Assembly: GCF_000009705.1 (NCBI RefSeq)
Contig: NC_003272.1
Span: forward strand, 600,001 to 632,000
Direction of reading: 5' to 3'
DNA from: Nostoc sp. PCC 7120 = FACHB-418
GTDB lineage: Bacteria > Cyanobacteriota > Cyanobacteriia > Cyanobacteriales > Nostocaceae
Length of the DNA: 32,000 bases
Position 1 is the first letter of the stretch. Every line of letters starts with the position of its first letter. Under the pieces are notes generated by a model. That model searched no databases, had not been told where the DNA came from, and saw nothing but the letters and a program-made list of their open reading frames with translations. Position numbers and translations under genes: made by a program. This document shows positions 8,845 to 17,606 of the stretch, piece by piece.

Positions 8845-9015
8845 ATGTATACCACCGTTAACGAAGCAGGCATTTTAAATAACTACGCTACCGAACCCAA
8901 AATGTATTACGCTACCTACCCCAACCAAGAGCAAAAACGCCAATATGCTTTACAGGGTGCGTTTGCTACATTGCTCATCACAACTTTAGTTTTGGTTGCT
9001 TTGGGCATTAGCTAA
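8845..9015 (+). CDS. Small one-helix membrane protein, Psb34/Ssl1498-like (light-harvesting-like family)
   Basis: This 56-aa ORF is below the cutoff of the ORF track: MYTTVNEAGILNNYATEPKMYYATYPNQEQKRQYALQGAFATLLITTLVLVALGIS. It has its own promoter-like element and terminator and a C-terminal transmembrane helix. Its N-terminal motif GILNNYATEPKMY parallels GLMNNFAIEPKVY of the neighbouring HLIP. Assignment to the Psb34 family is from memory. Confidence 0.6.
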   Translation: MYTTVNEAGILNNYATEPKMYYATYPNQEQKRQYALQGAFATLLITTLVLVALGIS

Positions 9016-9070
9016 GATTTTTAAATTTCAATATCGCTGTATCTAAATTGTCATTCGTACTTCTTTGATA

Positions 9071-9099
9071 AACCTCGGTTAGTTTCGCCGGGGTTTTTT
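9071..9099 (+). terminator. Rho-independent terminator after the small ORF
   Basis: The stem aacctcgg (9071-9078) pairs with ccggggtt (9088-9095), including one G-U pair, around a 9-nt loop. The sequence runs into TTTTTT (9094-9099). Confidence 0.7.
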
Positions 9100-9200
9100 G
9101 TTGTGCGGAGTGCGAATGCTAATAGATAAATATGAGATCACTAATCTAAAGCCAAAAAACTAAAATGGGATGAGCAATCCCCGTGAAAAACTAAAATGAA

Positions 9201-10178
9201 ATGAGTAATCCCCGTGTTTTGTGCCTCGGCGAAGTTCTATTCGATTGTTTAGCTGATCAATTAGGGCTAAAGCTGGAACAGGTAAAGTCTTGGACTGCTT
9301 ATCCAGGAGGAGCGCCAGCTAATGTGGCTTGTGCTTTAGTGAAGTTGGGAACTCCCGCCGGATTTATTGGTGCTGTCGGTGAGGATGAGCCAGGAAATGT
9401 GCTGGTTAAGCTATTACAAGAAGTAGGTGTAGATACAACGGGTGTACAACGTCATTCTACTGCCCCAACTAGGCAAGTCTATGTGGTCAGGGATCTAGCA
9501 GGCGATCGCACTTTCGCTGGCTTCGGTCAGTATGATACATCTGAATTTGCTGATACGCATTTGCAAGCCAAGCAATTACCAGAGTCAGTGTTTCAAGAAG
9601 CGGATTTCCTGATTTTGGGTACATTGGAATTAGCCTATCCCGACAGTGAAAAAGCTATTCACCGAGCTTTGGAACTGGCTGAACAGTATGACCTGAAGAT
9701 TGTGCTGGATGTTAACTGGCGGCCGGTATTTTGGCATGATGAAAATATTGCTAGGCAAAAAATTCAGGAAATTTTCAAACGCGTTGATTTCCTCAAGCTT
9801 GCTAAAGAAGAAGCTGAATGGCTATTCGACACCTCTGATCCAGGCGCTATTACTTACCGTTTAGGCTCTATTGAGGGGGTATTAGTAACTGATGGCGAAA
9901 ACGGCTGTGGTTATTGCTTGGGTGAGAATGAAGGTAAAATACCTGCTTTTGCTGTTTCTGTAGTAGATACCACGGGCGCAGGAGATAGCTTTCTGGCAGG
10001 GTTTATCCATCAACTGAGTGAACATGGCATTCACAACTTGAATGATGCAGAGACAGCAAAACGCATTATTACTTATGCTAGTGCTGTAGGGGCGTTGACT
10101 ACTACTAAAGCAGGTGCGATCGCTTCTCAACCTACCGCGATGGAAGTGGAAACTTTTTTAGCCTCCAATAAAATTTAG
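9201..10178 (+). CDS. PfkB-family carbohydrate kinase (probable fructokinase)
   Basis: 325-aa ORF with N-terminal VLCLGEVLFD, GGAPANVA and the C-terminal PfkB signature DTTGAGDSFLAGF. Confidence 0.8.
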   Translation: MSNPRVLCLGEVLFDCLADQLGLKLEQVKSWTAYPGGAPANVACALVKLGTPAGFIGAVGEDEPGNVLVKLLQEVGVDTTGVQRHSTAPTRQVYVVRDLAGDRTFAGFGQYDTSEFADTHLQAKQLPESVFQEADFLILGTLELAYPDSEKAIHRALELAEQYDLKIVLDVNWRPVFWHDENIARQKIQEIFKRVDFLKLAKEEAEWLFDTSDPGAITYRLGSIEGVLVTDGENGCGYCLGENEGKIPAFAVSVVDTTGAGDSFLAGFIHQLSEHGIHNLNDAETAKRIITYASAVGALTTTKAGAIASQPTAMEVETFLASNKI

Positions 10179-10187
10179 TTGAACTAC

Positions 10188-10224
10188 CCACACTGACCTA
10201 TCGGGTCAGATGTGGGGCTTTTGT
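10188..10224 (+). terminator. Terminator-like imperfect hairpin after the kinase gene
   Basis: cccacactgacc, a tatc loop, then gggtcagatgtgggg (stem with a bulge), followed by CTTTTG. Confidence 0.45.
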
Positions 10225-10397
10225 CGGTTCAAGCTAAAGTAGTAATAGTGATAGTTGTAGAACTCAAGTTGGCTGCTCTGTTATCTCTTTCCTAGCTAGA
10301 AGATATCCGAGAGTTTTGCCTACCAGGGCATTTCAGTTATTTTATCGCAAATCGAGCCACAGTATACATTACTGTGTTATCTTGCTTTTATAAAAAA

Positions 10398-10472
10398 GGG
10401 CGAACGAGGGGACTTGAACCCCCGAATGGTGGAACCACAATCCACTGCCTTAACCACTTGGCTACGCCCGCC
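10398..10472 (-). tRNA. tRNA-His (anticodon GUG) with encoded G-1
   Basis: The reverse complement is GGCGGGCGTAGCCAAGTGGTTAAGGCAGTGGATTGTGGTTCCACCATTCGGGGGTTCAAGTCCCCTCGTTCGCCC. The anticodon loop is TTGTGGT, the T loop is TTCAAGT, and an extra 5' G sits opposite discriminator C, as expected for bacterial tRNA-His. Confidence 0.9.
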
Positions 10473-10599
10473 ACACACATTCTTTATTATAGCACCTGTT
10501 TAGTAAACTTATCCAGAATTTTTTTTTTGTGAGGAACGGACTTTACTGATTGAGAGTCTTGGGAATGCAAATTGATTTAGCGAATTAAAGTTAGGAAAT

Positions 10600-10983
10600 A
10601 TGAAACCCCTGACCATTACGGCATCGGTAGGAGCCTTAGGATTAGCGGCTGTGCTGGGAGTAACAATGGCGAAAACTAACCCTAATCAGACTGAATATGA
10701 AGAGTATGCTGTGCAACGGTTGACAGAATACCTAAAGAATGATGTCTGCAATAAAACAACAAAGCTCTTAGAACGTTTAATTAATTACAACTGTGACAAA
10801 TTAATAGATTCCGCTAACCCCCAACTCCGGCAACTCCTCTCAGCTACCACCGAAAGACAAGACTTTGCTGTGTTTAGCATTTACCGTACAGAACTAAAAT
10901 TAAGTACTTGGATGCCGTCTTACAAGTTTGAAACGGTGGGAGCTTTTAATAATTTCTACACTTATACAGCAGAGGAACAGTGA
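10600..10983 (+). CDS. Hypothetical protein with N-terminal signal/anchor helix (possibly DUF4359 family)
   Basis: 127-aa ORF with a hydrophobic N-terminus (LTITASVGALGLAAVLGV) and two Cys residues. The family guess is from memory only. Confidence 0.45.
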   Translation: MKPLTITASVGALGLAAVLGVTMAKTNPNQTEYEEYAVQRLTEYLKNDVCNKTTKLLERLINYNCDKLIDSANPQLRQLLSATTERQDFAVFSIYRTELKLSTWMPSYKFETVGAFNNFYTYTAEEQ

Positions 10984-11062
10984 TAGGTAAAGGAGAAAAA
11001 CTCATGACTGTTGACTTTTTGTAACATAATAAAAATAGTTACGAAAAGTTTCACCCCTGCCC

Positions 11063-11776
11063 ATGACATCCGCTTATCTGCTTGTATCCCACGGCAGCCG
11101 AGATCCACGTCCAGAAATCGCTATGCAGCAAATAGCAGGACTGGTAGCTGAAAAATTACATCTTCCAGAAAAGTTAGTGGGAACAGGATATTTGGAGGTG
11201 GTTTCTGAACCTTTGCATGAGCAGATCAGAAATTTTGCTCAAATTGCTGTAACTTTTGGGTGTCATCATCTGAAGATCATACCTTTGTTTCTGCTTCCGG
11301 GTGTTCATGTGATGACGGACATTCCTAGTGAAGTAACACAGGCGCAACAAGCTGTAGGTAAAGATATTCTGATTGAATTACAGCCATACTTGGGCAGTCA
11401 TCTGGGTTTACAAACATTTCTCCAAAAGCAAATCGCTACTATAAAAGCAGAAGCGTGGATTCTGTTATCTCATGGTAGCCGTCGCCCAGGTTCTCAACAA
11501 CCAGTGGAAACAATGGCGGCGTATATAGGCGGAGTGGCTGCTTACTGGTCTGTGGCTCCTAGTTTAGAGTCAAGAGTTCAAGAATTAATTGCTATTGGTT
11601 ACAGAGAAATTGCAATTTTGCCATACTTTCTATTCTCCGGCGGCATAACTGATGCGATCGCTCAAGCAGTTGAAGCGCTAAAATTACAATTTCCTGGGGT
11701 AAGTTTATACTTGGCTGAACCTTTGGGAGTTAGTGGAGAATTAGCCGATTTAATTGGGGATTTGATTTACACATGA
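11063..11776 (+). CDS. cbiX: Sirohydrochlorin chelatase, CbiX family (two tandem CbiX half-domains)
   Basis: The motifs LLVSHGSRDPR and ILLSHGSRRPG each start one half-domain. The stop overlaps the cobA ATG (ATGA at 11773-11776). Confidence 0.75.
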   Translation: MTSAYLLVSHGSRDPRPEIAMQQIAGLVAEKLHLPEKLVGTGYLEVVSEPLHEQIRNFAQIAVTFGCHHLKIIPLFLLPGVHVMTDIPSEVTQAQQAVGKDILIELQPYLGSHLGLQTFLQKQIATIKAEAWILLSHGSRRPGSQQPVETMAAYIGGVAAYWSVAPSLESRVQELIAIGYREIAILPYFLFSGGITDAIAQAVEALKLQFPGVSLYLAEPLGVSGELADLIGDLIYT

Positions 11777-12555
11777 ACCGCACAGACAATCAGGGGCAAA
11801 AGGGTTTGGGTAAGGTCTATTTAGTAGGTGCGGGGCCAGGCGATCCAGGACTGATGACGGTGAAGGGCAAAGGTATATTAGAATGTGCCGATGTGGTCAT
11901 ATATGATGCTTTAGTCAGTCCAGCAATTTTGGCAATGATTAATCCCCAAGCAGAGCAGATTAATGCTGGTAAGCGCATGGGGCGACATTCTCTATTGCAG
12001 GACGAAACAACTCAACTACTAATTGAACAAGCCCAAAATCACGCTGTTGTTGTGCGGTTAAAAGGTGGTGACCCCTTTATTTTCGGTCGTGGCGGGGAAG
12101 AGATGGCTGATTTAATTGCGGCTGGGGTTCCGGTGGAGGTTGTGCCAGGGATTACATCAGGAATTGCAGCGCCAGCCTATGCAGGGATTCCCCTGACTCA
12201 TCGCTTATATAGTTCATCTGTAACTTTTGTAACTGGGCATGAGTCGGCAGGTAAGTATCGACCGAAAGTCAATTGGCAAGCGATCGCCCACGGTTCAGAA
12301 ACGATTGTCATTTATATGGGTATCCACAATCTACCTTATATTGTGGAACAGTTGAAAATGGCTGGTTTGAGTTTAGCAACACCAATCGCTCTAGTGCGCT
12401 GGGGTACACGTCCCGAACAGGAAGAATTAATTGGCGAATTAGGGACAATTGTAGAACTAGTGGAGAAAACAGGATTTGAAGCGCCAGCGATCGCAGTCAT
12501 TGGCTCTGTAGTCAATATGCACAGTATTTTATCTGTAGCAGCCCGTGTTAATTGA
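11773..12555 (+). CDS. cobA: Uroporphyrinogen-III C-methyltransferase (SUMT)
   Basis: Motifs VYLVGAGPGDPGLMTVKG, VVRLKGGDPFIFGRGGEE and VPGITSGIAAPAYAGIPLTHR are canonical for CobA/CysG methyltransferase domains. Confidence 0.88.
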   Translation: MNRTDNQGQKGLGKVYLVGAGPGDPGLMTVKGKGILECADVVIYDALVSPAILAMINPQAEQINAGKRMGRHSLLQDETTQLLIEQAQNHAVVVRLKGGDPFIFGRGGEEMADLIAAGVPVEVVPGITSGIAAPAYAGIPLTHRLYSSSVTFVTGHESAGKYRPKVNWQAIAHGSETIVIYMGIHNLPYIVEQLKMAGLSLATPIALVRWGTRPEQEELIGELGTIVELVEKTGFEAPAIAVIGSVVNMHSILSVAARVN

Positions 12556-12609
12556 CTTGCTAATGTATCTACATCTAAGAAGGTAATGGGTAATTGGTAA
12601 TAGTTGATA

Positions 12610-13749
12610 TTACGTAATGTGTTTAAAAATTACTTTTAGCAAATCACCTTGATTAAAAGGTTTAGTTAAGTGACCTGATGCTCTGACTATCTTTGCTCTC
12701 GCTCTATCAACTAGTCCAGCTTTTTCTGTCACCATAATCACAGGTGTGTTTTTAAAATATGAATGTTTGCGTAATAAAGAACATAACTCATAGCCGTCTA
12801 AATCAGGCATATCAACATTGATCAAAATGATATCTGGCTTTGTACAGAGAATTTCCATTAATGCTTTTAGAGAATCTGTAACACCAATTACTGCAAATAT
12901 TTGATCATCTAAAAAGTTTTTAATATTATTTAGCACAATTGGATTCTCATCAATACAAAAGATTGTATAGATTTTTTTATCAGTAGATGTGGCAGATGTC
13001 TGTGAGTATCCATGATTGACAGTATTAGGTTGAGATGCGTAACGCTTTGAATATTCTGTAGATTTATTAGTATTTATTTGCGGTAAGCGTGGCTCAGGCT
13101 TAGGCTGAGTATGAGGAGGAGATGTAAATTTGGTGCTACGTCTGTTGTTAACTGGTATCTGGTTATGTTCTGTAGATGAAGATATCTCTTGACTGGAAGC
13201 TTCTCTGCGGAATGCTTCCGGAACACGCCCATGCTGTTGACACTGTTCTACTAATAACCGAACATTCAGATAGCAAAATTTAGGCAAATCATCTAAAAAA
13301 CTTTCAGGAATAAATTCATAACTTCCTTCTTCCAGCATGAGAAATGATTCTACTACTTCTAATGCTAATTGTTCTATAAGAACAGCTGCTTGTGAAGAAC
13401 TAATATATTTCTGATTGACTAACCAACAAATAGCTAAATAATCAGGATTGGGTATTGCTTGATTTTCAATTCCTGTTTCAAAGATTGCTCTTAACTGCTC
13501 GTTAATTTCTTTAGGTAGGGTTGCAATTTGTGGGCTTAAATTTCCCAAATGTCTATAAAGAGGTTCAAACATCCTCTCTGAATAACAGGCATAAATTAGC
13601 TTACCCTCTTCTACGTATATAGACCAGGTACCTGAAGTACTAAATACTTGTAGACAACCAGTGATTGTCTTCCCAGTTATTTTTTTTAATAACGATAGGG
13701 GTTGTATTTTCTGAAAAAATCTGTATCTAGTAATCGGAAGTGTTTTCAT
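12610..13749 (-). CDS. patA: PatA-type response regulator (N-terminal PATAN domain, low-complexity linker, C-terminal CheY-like receiver)
   Basis: 379-aa ORF. The C-terminal receiver contains IFCIDENP, ILINVDMPDLDGYEL and HLTKPF. The N-terminus (TGCLQVFSTSGTWSIYVEEGKLIYA) is PATAN-like. Length, architecture and position next to rluD and the pec/cpc cluster match my recollection of patA in Anabaena PCC 7120. Confidence 0.8.
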   Translation of the reverse strand: MKTLPITRYRFFQKIQPLSLLKKITGKTITGCLQVFSTSGTWSIYVEEGKLIYACYSERMFEPLYRHLGNLSPQIATLPKEINEQLRAIFETGIENQAIPNPDYLAICWLVNQKYISSSQAAVLIEQLALEVVESFLMLEEGSYEFIPESFLDDLPKFCYLNVRLLVEQCQQHGRVPEAFRREASSQEISSSTEHNQIPVNNRRSTKFTSPPHTQPKPEPRLPQINTNKSTEYSKRYASQPNTVNHGYSQTSATSTDKKIYTIFCIDENPIVLNNIKNFLDDQIFAVIGVTDSLKALMEILCTKPDIILINVDMPDLDGYELCSLLRKHSYFKNTPVIMVTEKAGLVDRARAKIVRASGHLTKPFNQGDLLKVIFKHIT

Positions 13750-14579
13750 GGCGATCGCTCTGTTATTAAATCAAGATTTAAAATAAAAATTAGGGAAAAG
13801 GCTTTTCCTGTAGGTAAATGTATTTCTGAGAATATATTTACCTAAGTTCAGCAATTTACAGTTAAGTCAACACAGTTAGTCTTTATTTTTTATTTTCACG
13901 CCAATCTTTCCACTCAGGAGAGTTCTACACCGTCAGTGCTACTCTCCTGAGTGGAATAGTTTCATGATGTCAAACAGAAAAATTGTTCAACCGATTACTA
14001 GAAAACATTCTTTCAAAAATCAGGTTGCTTTTCTGTATCTTTCATTAACTTGGCTAATCTAACAGTACCTTAAGTACTACACGTATAGTTATTGGCTCAA
14101 ACCCATCAGTAGCAAAAGTATTATCTGTGTTTTTACCGCATAACGTAAAATTAAGGTATATCAAACTTAAATACGGTGAAATTAAAAAACACTAGTTCTT
14201 TTGCTCACTACGTAAGTATTGATTTAGTAGTTACCCAGGTTTGAGATTTTAGAGATGTTGTTTGCCAGATTTTTTATGACCATCACTTGCAAAATGTCAA
14301 TAGCAGATTTTCACTATAAAAATTCTATTTTTTCCCAACGGTAGATACGCAAGTAATGGCTCACTAAAAGCTAGGTTACTCCAATTTATCTAGGCAAATA
14401 AAAATAATATATAAACTTTATGGCTAATGCTTAAAGGAAATGTGAATGACGGTAGAATCAGAATGATATTTGAAAACGTATTGACTCATTAGTTATCCTG
14501 AGGTTTAAAAACCGTACAGGAGAAACCAAATTTTTATAATTATTTAGCATTGAATTGATTCACTTGTCCCCAATCCTGA

Positions 14580-15518
14580 ATGTTGAACGAATTTTACTTA
14601 GAAGTTGAAGAAGACAGCGCACGCATCGACCGTTACCTTGCAGAAGAATTACCAGATTTATCCCGTTCTCGGATTCAGCAGTTAATTGAACAGGGGAAAG
14701 TCCAAGTTAATGGCAAAGTTTGTACATCTAAAAAGATTAACCTGAAAGTAGGCGATCGCATCACTTTAGAGGTTCCCGAAGCGCAACCCCTAGAAATACA
14801 AGCCGAAGATATTCCCCTAGATATTCTCTACGAAGATGACCAGTTACTCATTCTCAACAAGCCGGCTGGTTTAGTCGTCCACCCTGCACCAGGACATTCT
14901 CATGGCACATTGGTAAATGCTTTGTTGGCACATTGTCCTGATCTTCCTGGTATTGGTGGTGTGCAGAGGCCGGGAATTGTCCATCGTTTAGATAAAGATA
15001 CAACAGGGGCAATTGCGATCGCTAAAACCGACATCGCTTATAAACACATCCAAGCACAACTCCAAGCCAAAACCGCACGACGAGAATATTTAGGTGTAGT
15101 GTACGGTGCGCCTAAAACTGCAAGTGGCAAAGTAGATTTACCCATCGGTCGCCATCCCCAAGACCGCAAGAAAATGGCTGTTGTCCCCATTGAAGAAGGA
15201 GGAAGGTCAGCCATCACCCATTGGCAAATACAGGAACGTTTGGGAAACTTCACCCTAATTCATTTCCAACTGGAAACCGGACGCACTCACCAAATTCGAG
15301 TTCACAGCGCCAAAATGGGTCATCCTATAGTCGGTGACCCTGTTTATGGTTCCGGTCGTTCTGTAGGCGTAAATTTACCTGGTCAAGCTCTCCACGCTTG
15401 GCGATTGAGATTGCAACATCCAATTACTGGAGATTGGGTTGAAGCCACAGCAACGCCTCCACAAAGCTTTACAACGCTCTTAGAAATTCTCCGGCGCAGA
15501 GCATCTATTTCTTCTTAA
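14580..15518 (+). CDS. rluD: RluA-family 23S rRNA pseudouridine synthase (RluD-like) with N-terminal S4 domain
   Basis: Motifs LILNKPAGLVVHP, the catalytic HRLDKDTTG and GRTHQIRVH. Confidence 0.88.
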   Translation: MLNEFYLEVEEDSARIDRYLAEELPDLSRSRIQQLIEQGKVQVNGKVCTSKKINLKVGDRITLEVPEAQPLEIQAEDIPLDILYEDDQLLILNKPAGLVVHPAPGHSHGTLVNALLAHCPDLPGIGGVQRPGIVHRLDKDTTGAIAIAKTDIAYKHIQAQLQAKTARREYLGVVYGAPKTASGKVDLPIGRHPQDRKKMAVVPIEEGGRSAITHWQIQERLGNFTLIHFQLETGRTHQIRVHSAKMGHPIVGDPVYGSGRSVGVNLPGQALHAWRLRLQHPITGDWVEATATPPQSFTTLLEILRRRASISS

Positions 15519-16377
15519 CCGTGCTTAGACCTGTCAAAGGGATTGGGGACAAAAAAGTAAAAGGTAAAAGAAAAAATCTTTTGTCTTGGATTGGGGACTG
15601 GGGACTGAGTTTTTAAATGAAAAATTATGGAATTCTGCTTTAACGTGAGTCTCCAACGGAGGCGCACGTTGCTTTAACCTCCGTGTCTCTAAAAAATGAG
15701 AATCAAAAAAAATTTTCGATGTTTTGTTACTCAAATTCACAAAACATTACATATAGGTTTTTCCTGATAAATCAAATAATTGCTAGTAATAATGCGCGAA
15801 TCGCTTATAAACAGCAGTTAACAGGCTATTAATAATTATGATGAATATTAGTCTTGAAAATTATTATCATTTTTAGCCACAAAATAAAAACCGAAGATTG
15901 TTATCTAAAACACAGATTTTTTTTGATAAAAATCCTGCTTTAGCTTTGTTTATCAATTTCTACTGTCAGCATGAAAGTATATATAAGCTAGATTTGCTAC
16001 CGCCGTAGAAATTATACTCAAGCATTTATTAAGTAAAGTAAACAATATTATTTAATTGTTAAACGGTTTTTCACCTAAAGGCATTACAACCTTTATAAAA
16101 CAATAATTTTTAGAGAAGTCTGTATGGATTAACACTATCTTACAAAACTTAATAATAAATTCACTCAAGCCATATATAAAATACGAACTAAGGTTTTCAA
16201 AGCAATTAAAAAACAGAAAACAAATTGCTGTTTTCCTAATAAGAAATCGCACATGATTGCAGTCCCCCAAGATAATATATGGGAGTTAATTCTGCTTGAA
16301 TATTTGTTTTCTAAATAGTAAGAATAATTGCAATCGACCTTATAAAAAGCTGCAATGACCTTTAGGAGGAAAGAAAG

Positions 16378-16896
16378 ATGCTCGATGCTTTTTCCAAAGT
16401 AGTTGAACAGGCAGATAGAAAAGGTAATTATCTTAGTGGAGATGAAATCAATGCGTTATCGGCATTAGTTGCTGATAGTAATAAGCGGTTAGATATAGTT
16501 AACAGACTAACAAGTAATGCTTCCTCCATTGTGGCTAATGCTTATCGTGCTTTAGTTGCTGAACGTCCACAAATATTTAATGCTGGTGGTGCTTGTTTCC
16601 ACAATCGTAACCAAGCTGCTTGTATCCGTGATTTAGGATTTATTCTGCGTTATGTCACCTATTCTGTATTAGCAGGTGATGGTAGTGTCATGGACGATCG
16701 CTGCTTAAATGGTCTGAGGGAAACATATCAAGCTTTAGGTACTCCTGGCGATGCAGTAGCATCTGGAATCCAAAAAATGAAAGATGCAGCAATTGCAATT
16801 GCTAATGACTCCAAAGGCATTACTAAAGGTGATTGTAGTCAGTTAATTGCTGAATTAGCTAGCTATTTTGATCGCGCTGCTTCTGCGGTTGTTTAA
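16378..16896 (+). CDS. pecB: Phycoerythrocyanin beta subunit
   Basis: 172-aa phycobiliprotein beta chain with bilin-binding Cys contexts NQAACIRD and KGDCS. It precedes a PecA-type alpha gene. The Shine-Dalgarno sequence AGGAGG lies upstream. Confidence 0.9.
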
Positions 16897-16971
16897 ATAG
16901 ATGTTTTTTCCAAAACTTTTTTCAAACTGACTGTTAGTAATTAATCGCAAATCAAGGAGATTAGGAGAAGT

Positions 16972-17460
16972 ATGAAAACACCTTTGACCGAAGCGATCTC
17001 TGCTGCTGATGTTCGTGGTTCCTACCTCAGCAACACTGAAATGCAAGCAGTTTTTGGTCGTTTTAACCGCGCTCGCGCTGGTTTAGCGGCTGCTCAAGCA
17101 TTTTCTAATAATGGCAAAAAATGGGCAGAAGCAGCAGCAAATCATGTTTATCAAAAATTCCCTTACACCACTCAAATGAGTGGGCCTCAATATGCTTCCA
17201 CTCCAGAAGGTAAATCCAAGTGTGTTCGTGATATTGACCACTATCTTCGTACTATTAGCTATTGCTGCGTAGTCGGTGGTACTGGCCCCTTAGATGAATA
17301 TGTAGTATCTGGTTTAAGCGAACTCAACAGCGCCCTTGGTTTATCTCCTAGCTGGTATGTAGCTGCACTAGAATTTGTCCGCGATAATCACGGTTTAAAT
17401 GGTGATGTTGCAGGTGAAGCTAATATCTACCTGAACTATGCAATTAACGCTTTAAGTTAA
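16972..17460 (+). CDS. pecA: Phycoerythrocyanin alpha subunit
   Basis: 162-aa alpha chain with the Cys-84 context KSKCVRD. It differs from the CpcA paralog at 21429 and is followed by pecC/E/F homologs. Confidence 0.9.
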   Translation: MKTPLTEAISAADVRGSYLSNTEMQAVFGRFNRARAGLAAAQAFSNNGKKWAEAAANHVYQKFPYTTQMSGPQYASTPEGKSKCVRDIDHYLRTISYCCVVGGTGPLDEYVVSGLSELNSALGLSPSWYVAALEFVRDNHGLNGDVAGEANIYLNYAINALS

Positions 17461-17472
17461 GACAAAGCTTGT

Positions 17473-17564
17473 GGGTCTTGGGAAATAGGTAATTGCTCAA
17501 TTTAAGTGAGTTACTTTGTAACTGCTTTGAACATAATTGCAGCATTTTCTAATTCCTAAGACCC
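17473..17564 (+). promoter_or_regulatory. Long-range intercistronic stem (pecA-pecC spacer), possible attenuator or processing structure
   Basis: gggtcttgggaa (17473-17484) pairs with ttcctaagaccc (17553-17564): 12 bp including one G-U pair, enclosing about 68 nt. Confidence 0.35.
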
Positions 17565-17606
17565 AAATTTATAATCAAAAAAATTGCGGAAGGAGCGTTT
17601 ATCAAA

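Noticed and set aside
13964-14065. About 33-codon ORF (MMSNRKIVQPITRKHSF...) in the patA upstream region
   Set aside because: It has no Shine-Dalgarno sequence and no conservation evidence available, in an AT-rich context. It cannot be supported from sequence alone.
15534-16270. Minus-strand ORFs 15534-15740 and 16052-16270 in the pecB upstream spacer
   Set aside because: They are AT-rich with Phe/Ile/Lys/Asn-biased composition. They have no ribosome-binding site and no recognisable domains, so they are probably chance ORFs.
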